From: Gracilinanus agilis
Taxonomy: Eukaryota
DNA: 64,000 nt
Assembly: GCF_016433145.1 (NCBI RefSeq)
Contig: NC_058130.1
Span: forward strand, 84,962,545 to 85,026,544
Reading direction: 5' to 3'
Position numbers and translations under genes: made by a program. Shown one piece after another: positions 25,901 through 35,823 of this stretch (the stretch's first letter is position 1; every line of letters starts with the position of its first letter). Below the pieces are notes generated by a model, which was not told the DNA's origin, made no database searches, and saw nothing but the letters and a program-made list of their open reading frames with translations.

Positions 25901-26431
25901 TTTTTTTTGTTGTGTTTGTTGTTGTTAAAGACCATAGATAGAGACATTTGGAAAGGGGGTTCCTGGAGAGTAAAGGTCATAGATACATCAATCTAGACAG
26001 AGACTATCCAGTTTTAGTCTAAGGAAGATTTATTTTTAGTTCCCTCAAAGTCTTATCATGGACATAATGGAGTAGTATGGTAGTATGCAGTCACTAATTT
26101 GGAAGTCCACCAACAGATGGTAACCAGTTTGTTGGTAGACTCATAAGATTTGGAGAGTCAAAGGACATTAAAGGCGTTGAGTCAGGAGGCAACTGGATTT
26201 GAACATCACTCTTGACATTTACTGGCAATGTGATCTCTCATAAGGAAAATCAAATGAGACAGCGTGAGTAAAGCACTTGGTAAACCATAACGTGATACTA
26301 AAATCAGTTACTGTTATTGTTATTGTTACTCTTATTATTAGAGATTTAGTCCAATTCTTTCATCTTATTGACAAGAAAATTGAAGCCCTCAGCACATGCC
26401 ATTAGCAATGGTCAGACTTTGAATTTAAGTC

Positions 26432-27419
26432 TTCTGAGAAGAAGGCACAACTCTTCTTTATAGCAGATTGACTTGTTGTGGACCTTGACTTCAAAGATTC
26501 TATTGACCCCAATACTTTCAACTCCCTAAGATCACAGTTCACTAATCCAACCCTGAGGGCATGTGGGTTCAGAAAATTTGAGGAAGGACTGGGGCCATTC
26601 TGAGAAGAAGGGGCTCCACCTACCACCCTCTGTTGGGAAGGAGCCTACCCTTAGCCCCAGGCAATCTCCAGCCTCCAGCTCTAGCTGGATTCAGCTCCAC
26701 TGGCAAAGGCAAGGAAGCTTCTGGGAAAAATGGCTTCCTTGTGCTCTCTTTGACACTTTGCTAAGCAGCTACCCTCCTAGGATCAGCAATGGACAAGATC
26801 ATGATGGTATGGGCACGGGTAAAATGCCCAAGAAAAGGTCAGCCCTGGGTTCCCAGAGCATGAAAATGTGTCTAAGGGTTTAGACTCAAAAGCAATTTAA
26901 ATTCAATTAAACAAGTGAGGTAGCAAAATAAATAGAATAAGAAGCAAATTCTGCTTCTCTGGGGAAGGGAAATATTGCTGTTTCTTCCTATTCTAATATC
27001 CTTTCCCCCAAGCTTCCCTACAGCCCTGAGCTATTGTGGCTGTAGACCAATGAACAGCATCCCTTCAGATGGGAAGGGAGAGAAATCAGGATTTGGAGAT
27101 ATAACAGAGGAACTCTGAGATCTATCAGTCTAACGGTAATCTCTTCATTTTACAAATGAGAAATCTATAGCCTAAAGAGAGGTGACCTGTCTAAGGTCAC
27201 ATAAGTAAGTGGCAGAGGCAAGATTTGGCATAACTTAATGTTTGAAATCAGATCAGAAACACGATGGGGAATTTATAGATCACAACCCACCTGACCATCA
27301 TGCCTGACCATACTGATCGATAATCATTGTCCACTCTGAAGGGATATTGTCCATAAGTCTGACCCAGGAGATCTGTCCAAGACACTAGGGCCCTTTCTCA
27401 ATTTCTGACTTTCTGAGAA
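26432..27419. promoter_or_regulatory. Cluster of four STAT5-type GAS motifs upstream of WAP (candidate mammary enhancer)
   Basis: TTCTGAGAA at 26432, 26598 and 27411; TTCTGGGAA at 26719. All fit TTCYNRGAA. TGGCA (NFI half-site) at 26701 and GGAA (ETS core) at 26713 are adjacent to the 26719 site. Confidence 0.55.
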
Positions 27420-28532
27420 TACCATTGGAGAACATGAGCTGTCCTTCCCTCACTTCCCTAAGTGACCCGTTTGCCTTCATTTTCCATCATACCTTTATCT
27501 ATTGGCATCTGATACTACAGGTCATCTTTGTTGGTCCTTCTACCTTGCAGCTTGCTCACACCCACCATTTGCCTCTCCACTGCCTTTGCAATGTTATTCA
27601 GTTTTAATTTTTTGGAGACTATCGTGTTCATGGCTCATAGCCCTTAATAATGATCATTTGCATTTATAGGACCACAGCTGAGGTAGTGAGTGAAGGGACA
27701 GGTGATTGAATCAGGAAGACCTGAGTTCAAATCCAGCCTCAGAGAGTTTCTAGCTATGTGATCCTAGGCAAGTCATCACTTAATAATCATCAAGTGTTGG
27801 GTGCCTCACCTGTAAAATGGGGGTAGTAACAATACCTTTCTCCCTGGGCTGTGATGAGTATTCAGATGAGAGTATATGTAAAGAGCTTTGCAAACCTTAA
27901 GATGATATAAATGGCCCCTATTATTGGCTATAGTTTACAAAGTACTTTGCTCCCAAGCCTCTTCTAATGAACTGGTGCTCGGTTCTTAAAGAATCAGACT
28001 TCAGGGCAAGTCCTACCAAACTGGAAAGGCGCAATACCAGAGCTGATCTGTGCAAATCTGTCACAGGAGGCCCAGCCGGGCAAAGTACCCAGAGGCCATC
28101 CACCAGATTGTAGATTTTTTGGACACATGAAACCAGCTGCTAAAAAGAATGAATTCTGGTCTGGATTATTGGGATCACAGATTCTTGAAGGGCTGAAATA
28201 TTTCTCACCATAACCTAAAAGTCAGGTGGTACAAGTATTATCACCTCCCATTTTACAGATGAATAAACTGAGGTTCTGATCCGTGAAGTGCTGTGTCCAG
28301 AGTCATATAACTAATTAGCCTAAAAATTGGGGAAAACTCTCCTAGCTCCTAGTTTAGGGTTCATATCCTTTTCCCTTCCCGTCCCATTCCCTCCCCCTAA
28401 CAGAAAGTATAATGTGCCTAAAACCAGGAACTCCCAGGTGAACCAACAGTCTTGCTTCTCCCCTTCCCCCATTCTCCACTTTTAGCTCCACCCTTCCTGG
28501 CCCTTCCCTCCCACCCCCCCATTCTGGCTCTC

Positions 28533-28538
28533 TTAAAT
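28533..28538 (+). promoter_or_regulatory. WAP TATA-like box (TTAAAT)
   Basis: tcTTAAATtc lies 73 nt upstream of the ATG. The mouse Wap gene is recalled to use a similar non-canonical TTTAAAT box. Confidence 0.55.
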
Positions 28539-28605
28539 TCTGCTGGGGCACCTAGGATGACCAGTCAACCACTGCCGCAACCTAGCAGGAGTGAGCCACC
28601 GCCTC

Positions 28606-28678
28606 ATGATGCAGTCAGTCCAGATTCTGACCTTGGCCCTGCTGGCCCTGGGATCATGGGCTGCTCAGGACTTCACAG
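28606..28678 (+). CDS. WAP: WAP exon 1 (signal peptide MMQSVQILTLALLALGSWAAQDFT)
   Basis: ATGATG at 28606, hydrophobic leader, donor cag|gtagg at 28679. Confidence 0.92.
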
Positions 28679-31600
28679 GTAGGAAACCTGAAGCTCCTGA
28701 TGTCCCCTTCTTCTCTTGTCTCCTGCTTCTTCCTCTTCTCACCTCCACTCTGAGCTTTAAACCTTCCCTTAGTCCCCAGCCCCTAAATCCTACGGTTTCA
28801 GTTTGCCATCTAAATTGTGAGGAAAAGATTGGAGGGGGGAATAGGAGGGAATTGGGAGGGCAGAGGGCTCCAGCTTGGGCCAAGATAATAGCCCCAACCA
28901 TTCTTGACTCCAAGGATCCCTAAAAATGATGAGTTGTCAGGGAAAGAGGGTTCCAATCTTGGCTTTCCACCTGCTTGTTCTGTGACTTCTAATAGGTCCC
29001 CACATCTCTCTGGATCTCATTTGGCTTATCTAGGAGATGAGGAGGCTGGATGGGAAGTCCCTTCCAGCTCAAGCTCCTCTGATTTCTAGTTTTGCTAGCT
29101 CCACATTCTCTTGTTCCTTCCAGCTGTCCATCAAGAACACCTGGCCATTTCCCTGTCCTTTTCTCTTTTCTCCCCATATTTTATCAGTTCCTACTAGTTG
29201 TAGAACCTCCCTGTCTTTTCCTGCCTCCCAGGACTGCCTGGTCCCGTGGGAAAGCTTCATTTTCAGGCATGTGATTGTACAAAGTGGCCCCAGAGCAGCC
29301 TTGCAACTTCCAGACTAGAGCAAGAAAGAATTGGGGATAGAAGGGAAGAAAGGAAAAAGAAAGGAGATAGTTGGGGGAGAACTTGGGAAAGGGAAAAAGA
29401 GGGACCTAATCCCACAAATTGCTATTAATCAAGATTTGATGGTCTAGGGTGAAGGGGAAAGTAAGAACATGAATCATGTAACCATGATAACTTTTCTAAA
29501 AAATAAAAATTATTAAAAAAAAAAGATTTGATGGTCTAATGGGGTAGAGAGAGAATAAGGAAAACAAATATATTTTAAAGGGTGCCGAGGCAAAGGAAGC
29601 TAAATACTCCAGAAAAATCTGGTATGGAAGAAAACAGAGAATGTATCAGGACATTTTTAAAAAGGAGGCAGCTAGGTGGCTCAGCAGATTGAGAACCAGT
29701 CCTAGAGAAAGGAGGACCTGGATTCAAATCTGGCCTTAGACATCTAACTGTGTGAGCTAGGACAAGTCATTTAACCTTCTATCACCTAGTGTTTACCACT
29801 CCTCTGCTTTGGAATTAATATAGATTCTAAGACAGATGGTAAGGATAAAAAAAAGAGAGAAAATAAAAGGAGATGGCACCTGAATTTGATAAAAATGATT
29901 GATTCAACAAGCAGAGTTGAGGAAAGGCTTGTGACAGGACAAAATGATTTAGAGTTGGAAGAGACCTTAGGGGCAGGGACCTCCCTTTACTAGAAAAGGA
30001 GTCAGGAATAGAAGGAGGTGGGGTGGAAGAAGGGCATAGAAGAGGGAACAGGGCAAGGGTGGGGCGTCAGGGGAGAAGCTGCAAGACTTACCATTAAGAA
30101 TGGAGAAGTTGGCAGCACTCATGACTCTTCTTCATTGCAGAGAAGTCTGGGTACTGCCCATTCTTCCAACCAACCTTGTCAGATCTAATTGACTGTAAAA
30201 GGACATGCCAGAATGATACCATTTGCCCCGGAGATATGAAGTGCTGCAGAAAGGGCTGTAGCTGGATGTGTATGAACCCCATGAAAGGTAAGAGAACTTG
30301 GTTTGGTATGGAAGTGGTCCCTATCTCTGGATCCAAGAGATCATGGGGGCTGAGACTCTGGCATTCTCCAGTTGAGATGCCTTGATAAATAGTTATGGGA
30401 ATGGGGTAGAGAGATGTACTTATGCTCCCCCCAAACCCTCTAGATTAGGGAGGACTTCCTGGAAGAGGGATAAACCGTCTGGCCTCTGAGAAGGTAGCTA
30501 CAGACCAGACTAGGGTAGAGAGGACAGCAAAGAAGAGAAGAGGAAGCCACCTGTTCTGCCCTCCACCACTGCTGCTTCTGTTCTCTTCCAGAGAAGGCTG
30601 GTATGTGCCCCGGGGCAACTTCTTCCTCTGAGGAGCGTCTGCCTTGTGGTGTTCCTTGTGAGACTGACAAGGACTGTGATGGGGAAGCCAAATGTTGTGT
30701 TCGCTCTTGTGGTCGAACCTGTTCCATGCCTATCAAAGGTAATAACGATCCCTATATGTGTTTCTAAGGCACCTGCTTTTCTAAGGCTGCTAGGTGGCAT
30801 GGTAGATAGAGTCTGCAGGACCTTTTTGAGATTAAAATTAATATACAATAGCTATTATATTTTATAAAGTTTATTAATAATAACTAAAGTAAAAAAAGCT
30901 AGCCAACTCAACCCAATTTCGAGAGGAGAGTGAGAGGGAGGAGTTTCAGAACTTATATACAAATAATGTAACAACACATTTATAGGAAAGGGAAAAGGAA
31001 TTTTGGGAGATGGAGTCTAAGGGTTCAAGATTCTAATTAATACAACCTGGAGTTTGGAAGATCCGATATTTTGAAAGAACCTGAGTTCCAATCCTGTCTC
31101 AAACACTTAATAGCTATGTGACCTTGGGCAAGTCACTTAATCTTTTTCTGTCTCTGTTACCTCATCTGTAAAATGGAAATAATAATAACACTTCCTTCCC
31201 AGAGATGTTATGAGGACCAAGTAATATTTTTAAGTGTTTTCAAAATCTTAAAGTGATATGTAAAAGTTAGACTTCCTTAAAATTACCTGGAAGATATGAA
31301 ATACAAGTACCATTTACCCCCAGTTTATTGGTAGGGCACAAGGGTCAGAGACTTGTTGCCCACAGACATAGAACTAGTGGCAGAGCTGGGATCAAGACCC
31401 ATCTGGATTTGAACCCAAGTCTTTTGATTTTAAATTCATCACTCAACTATGCTACCCGTGCCTCTTGTGATTTTAGATCAACGAAATCCTTCAAATTGCT
31501 TCACACAGACAACAGATTCCAACCTCCTCCACCAATGGGCGACTTCTCTTTAAGGCTACTGCTCCTTTCAAGGCTGGGATCCCTGTCTTCTCCCACCTGC

Positions 31601-34348
31601 TTCTAGGCAATCTCTCTCTGCCCCATTTTGCTAACAAGGTCAACGATCGATGTCCTATAACACACATTTTCCCTCCTTTCCTCCCCCTACAGTTAGGCCT
31701 GGTCGATGTCCTGTTGTCTCCGAATGGTGCCCCAGGAATGAGCGGGTCATTCAATGTAGGGGAGATTATAACTGTCAAGCAATGGAAAAGTGTTGTTTCT
31801 ATAAATGTGGTATGAGATGCATGGAATCCATCCCAGGTAAGAATCAGCCAAAGAAGCGTTGTGAGTCCTTAGACAGTGAGTCAGCTCCTTTGGAGTCTGC
31901 ATTGGGTGATACCAAGAAGCATAAAAAAAATATTGTCCTTGGGGCAGCTGGGTTGCTCAGTAGATGGAGATCCAGGCCCAGAGATGGGAGGTCCTGGGTT
32001 CATATCTGGCCCCAGACCCTTCCTAGCTGTGTGACCCTGGGCAAGTCACTTAACCCCCATTGCCTAGCCCTTACCTCTCTCCTGCCTTGGAATCAGTACT
32101 TGGTATCAATTAATTCTAAGACAGAAGGTAAGAGTTTAAAACAAAACAAAACACTGTCCTTGCCAGTTATATACAAACCTTAGAGTACTGTAGAAGTATG
32201 ACAGAGTATTAGTATTCATTACTCTTTATAAGTGCTAGAAGAAATCACAGATCCATCTGGGCCTGGTGGTATTAGAAAAGGCTTCATGGAGGAGGTGAGT
32301 TGTGATGGGCTTTGAAAGATGAGAGAGTTTCGATCACGTGTTTCAATGGGATTATGACTAGGGTTTTGGCATTAAATGATTACTTTATTACAAATAAGAA
32401 TAATATGGAAATAGGTTTTGAACAATGATACATGTAAAACCCAGTGGAACTGCTTGTCAGCTCCAGGAGGGGGGAGGGAAGAGGGGTGGGAAAATCATGA
32501 ATCATGTAACCATGGAAAAATATTCTAAATAAATAAATACATTATAAAAAGGAGGGGGAAAAAGAAAGATGAAAAAGTTTCAGGATAGGCAGAAATAAGT
32601 TTAGGCACAGCAAGAATAGAAGGATAAAAGGTATGAAAGCCAAAAAATGATAAAAAAAAATATATATATATATATATTGCCTATAGAGTCTAGAGACTTA
32701 AGTTCTAAACCTGGCTCCTTCTAATTATGAAGTTCTGGATAGAATAATGGATGGAAGAAGCACCAGCCCTAGAGGTCAGAAGGCCTGATTCAAATTCCAG
32801 CTGGGTTCCTTGATAGCTGTAGGATTTGAGGCAAGTCACAAGACCTCTCTAGGCCAGTTTCCTCAGGATTTGTACCTTTGTTCTGCTATTTATGACATCG
32901 TCATCATTCTCTCATAGCTAAGAGCCACTGAGAATCTATGTGTGGCCTGAAAGGGAGGCAATCAATCTATCAACAAGTAATTTATTAATGATCTACTGTG
33001 TAGGGTGCTGGGCTAGGCATGAAGAATAAGCCTTTTTCCCACCTATTTCTGTGTTTTTAAATTTTTTCTCTAAATTTCTTTAAATTTTTAAATTATATTT
33101 CCATCTGTGTATGGCAATGCCAGTCGTTCAGTCAACCAACATTTATTAAGCATCTACTATGTGCCAGACATGGTGCTAAGCACTGTGGGAACACAAAGAA
33201 AGCTGTAAAGGAGTTCAGTCTAAAAGGGGAAACAATATGCAAACAATTACGTACAAACAATGTGTATCCTGGTTAAACTGGGAGCAATCAACAGAGGGAA
33301 GCTATTAATATTAAGGGGATCACAAAAGGCTTCTTAGTGGGACCTAAGACCACACAGGTAATTAGATGGCAGAGCCAAAGCTAGGACTTATGATGAGTCT
33401 AGTCCAGTCCCATTCCCTCTCTGCCCCTCTGTATAATATCTGATTCAAAGTCATTTGGTGTGTGTTTGTAAGGCTAAATATATTAAGAAAACAAAGTTTC
33501 GGGGGACGAGATGGAGGTAGAGAGGAGCCTGGGAATCTTTGAAAGTCTCAAAGCCAGAATGAATGAGAGTGAGTAAGAATCATCATTTCTCCCTGTTATA
33601 CCCACCCCCATCATCAATACATGCCCAAATAATCAGCTCCCCATCCCCTCTCCCCAATTCACTTTGCAGCCTCCTAGGCTGTGATGTCTCCTGGACTGGA
33701 ACCATCAAAGATGACATCTTCCCCCTTCCCGTCTTCTAGTCCTGGCCAAGGCTGACCGTCACGATAACTCTTGGCCTTCCTTTTCTTCATCACCACCAAC
33801 AATACTACTTTTATATTTATGAAGTATGTTACATGCTTTCTCCTGATCCCTACAGTATTATTGGGAAGCAGGTAGAAAAATGACAACTATAACCATTTCT
33901 CACATGAGGAAACTAGTTCAGATAGGGTAGGTCATTTTCTCAATTAATTAGTAGCAGAATGAGGCCACAGACCCATATTATGGGCTCATAGAAGTCATAC
34001 CTGGGATTGTCAAGCTCCCAGAAGGCAAATGACTTGTCCAAGGTAATAAAGTAGCAGTAAGAAGCAGAGCAAGGATGATTCTTTCAGTTCAGTGCATTTT
34101 CTCTTCTACCATCTGCTCTCCTCCCTTTTTGACCCCAGCTGGCTAGCTAGAATGGATCCTCTTGTTTGAATCTCCCTGGTTGGTTTCAACCCACCTCAAA
34201 TCTCTTCCCTTGTCATTCAGTTCCACTGACCTGATTTATGTGGCCAGTCCCTTTCATAAGTCTAAAGAGTCCCTCTATTTCCTTTCCAGAGGAGCAAGTA
34301 GAAGCAACCAGATTTCACCAAGAGGAAAGCCCCGTGCTCGCCCTCTAA
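28606..34348 (+). CDS. WAP: Whey acidic protein, marsupial three-domain type; join(28606-28678,30141-30287,30592-30738,31693-31836,34290-34348), 189 aa
   Basis: All introns are GT-AG and phase 1; spliced length is 570 nt with an open frame. Structure is signal peptide + three 8-Cys WFDC domains + acidic tail ending VLAL. This matches my recollection of tammar wallaby WAP (start MQxVQILTL, EKAGYCP, end ...LAL). Confidence 0.92.
29664..29860 (+). mobile_element. SINE in WAP intron 1
   Basis: Family body. Confidence 0.75.
30141..30287 (+). CDS. WAP: WAP exon 2, WFDC domain (EKSGYCPFFQPTLSDLIDCKRTCQNDTICPGDMKCCRKGCSWMCMNPMK)
   Basis: Acceptor ttcattgcag, donor aag|gtaag, 147 nt, 8 Cys in WFDC spacing, N-glycosylation sequon NDT. 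Confidence 0.95.
30592..30738 (+). CDS. WAP: WAP exon 3, WFDC domain (EKAGMCPGATSSSEERLPCGVPCETDKDCDGEAKCCVRSCGRTCSMPIK)
   Basis: Acceptor ttctcttccag, donor aag|gtaat, 147 nt, 8 Cys. Not in the supplied ORF track; translated by hand. Confidence 0.95.
31693..31836 (+). CDS. WAP: WAP exon 4, WFDC domain (VRPGRCPVVSEWCPRNERVIQCRGDYNCQAMEKCCFYKCGMRCMESIP)
   Basis: Acceptor ctccccctacag, donor cag|gtaag, 144 nt, 8 Cys. Confidence 0.95.
31941..32150 (+). mobile_element. SINE in WAP intron 4
   Basis: A/B boxes and family body. Confidence 0.85.
32345..32560 (+). mobile_element. L1 3' tail in WAP intron 4
   Basis: aatgatacatgtaaaacccagtggaa...catggaaaaatattctaaataaataa. Confidence 0.75.
34290..34348 (+). 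CDS. WAP: WAP exon 5 coding part (EEQVEATRFHQEESPVLAL*)
   Basis: Acceptor tttcctttccag, phase-1 compatible, TAA at 34346-34348, AATAAA about 90 nt downstream. Confidence 0.88.
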
Positions 34349-34438
34349 GAACCAAACCAAGAAAACAAACAGCCTGGTTGATCAACTCCTAGAATTCTAG
34401 ATATCTTTTTTTTCTTGGAGTTCCAACCCCTGCAGGTT

Positions 34439-34444
34439 AATAAA
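34439..34444 (+). terminator. WAP polyadenylation signal AATAAA
   Basis: First AATAAA after the stop codon. Confidence 0.8.
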
Positions 34445-35125
34445 GGCATTGATTCTGAATAGTGGATGATGTCTCTTTGCTCTGACTCTTCTCTTTCCTG
34501 GTCTTGAATCTCTTGATTCATGTAACCACATGATCATTGGGTTTTAGAGTCTAGCTACCATACTGATCATCTTGCTGTGGTCTTACATTGGGAAAAAACA
34601 TTAGTGTTAAGAGTTGAATACCAATACAAGAGATGTTATATATATATATATAGCAATATAACTCAGCTCAATATAACAAACCAAGAATATAAGAATAATC
34701 TGTAAATGACAGGAGGCTGGCGATTAGTGAGTGAGGCGAGAGACATTACTACAGGCCATGCTGTTCAAGGAAGGTTTGCTTCATGAGAAGAGGGTAAATC
34801 TGGGCATTGAAGAGAAGGTAAGATTGGGAAAGATAATGGGAGAAGACATGCCAGGGGAGGAGATACAACAAAACATTTACTGGCCATTGAGTGCAACATT
34901 TAGTTAAAAGGTAATATATGGGAAAGACATTTGTTAGCAATAAGACTTAATAAATTCTTTGAATAACTAGTGATAGGCTGAGGTTCAGAGTTCTGAAAAG
35001 ACTAGTATCTTAAAGAATGGGATAGTTATTTGTTCTATTTCCTCATAGGAAATTGAGGGTCCAGAAAACAAGAAGTTAAGGAAAGGGACTCTTGTGGGGA
35101 GAGTTTGCAGGAAAGCAGAAGGGAA

Positions 35126-35231
35126 TGACATCACAAAGCAGTCATGATGAGCATCTTATCTCACAATGGGTCCCTAGCATATCATTGGCTACCCACCAGC
35201 CAATGGAAATAGTGGGGTTGAGTGTATAAAA
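35126..35231 (+). promoter_or_regulatory. H2A copy 1 promoter: CRE-like element, inverted CCAAT pair, TATA
   Basis: TGACATCA 35126-35133, ATTGG 35184-35188, CCAAT 35200-35204, TATAAAA 35225-35231. Confidence 0.75.
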
Positions 35232-35306
35232 AGGTAGGTCCTGTTAGGGGACCTAACACAGGTGCCTGCACTGGTTGGGGATGCCAGAAGACCTCAGGAA
35301 AGCATC

Positions 35307-35738
35307 ATGCCTGAGAAGCGGAGTCACCATGGATCCTTGAATACTCATAGCCAAATCCGTTCACGCTCCTCAAGAGCCCAGCTGCAGTTCCCCGTGAGCC
35401 GTGTAGACCGCTTTCTTCGCCAGGGTCACTATGCCCAAAGATTGGCCTCAAGTGCCCCTGTTTTCCTGGCTGCTGTACTGGAATACCTGACTGCTGAGAT
35501 CCTGGAGTTGGCAGGCAATGCTGCCCGCGACAATAAGAAGACCCGCATCGCTCCCTGCCACGTGCAGCTGGCTGTGCGTAACGATGTCGAGCTCAACCAG
35601 CTCTTTGGCCATGTCACCATCTCACAGGGTGGAGTTCTGCCCCGCATTCACCCAGAGCTGGTGCAGCCAGCAACCGGGGGCCGAAGTAGCCAGAGTCACG
35701 TTGGACGTAACCATAACTATTCAGTGAAGGCCAAGTAA
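35307..35738 (+). CDS. H2A.R: Divergent histone H2A variant, H2A.R type, copy 1 (143 aa, intronless)
   Basis: Clear H2A histone fold ([14 protein letters not shown]...[25 protein letters not shown]...[10 protein letters not shown]) with non-canonical tails. True ATG at 35307; the ORF-track start is a GTG. H2A identity is certain; the H2A.R assignment is by recalled resemblance to marsupial H2A.R. Confidence 0.85.
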   Translation: MPEKRSHHGSLNTHSQIRSRSSRAQLQFPVSRVDRFLRQGHYAQRLASSAPVFLAAVLEYLTAEILELAGNAARDNKKTRIAPCHVQLAVRNDVELNQLFGHVTISQGGVLPRIHPELVQPATGGRSSQSHVGRNHNYSVKAK

Positions 35739-35806
35739 GCCGGACTGGAGAGAGCCCAGAAACTTTGGGAGTAAAAACTTTTTCTCTGGGTCATCACCCC
35801 ACGAAC

Positions 35807-35823
35807 TATTAAAAGAGATTAAA
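35807..35823 (+). terminator. Tandem ATTAAA polyadenylation signals of H2A copy 1
   Basis: ctATTAAAagagATTAAAtcc; the same motif follows copy 2. No canonical histone stem-loop seen. Confidence 0.6.

Noticed and set aside
27241-27360. Possible 5S rRNA-derived or AmnSINE-like remnant
   Set aside because: Similarity by eye was too weak and patchy.
34450-35120. Divergent H2B partner gene upstream of either H2A (also 49370-50200)
   Set aside because: The inverted CCAAT pair suggested a bidirectional H2A/H2B promoter, but no H2B-like frame is visible.
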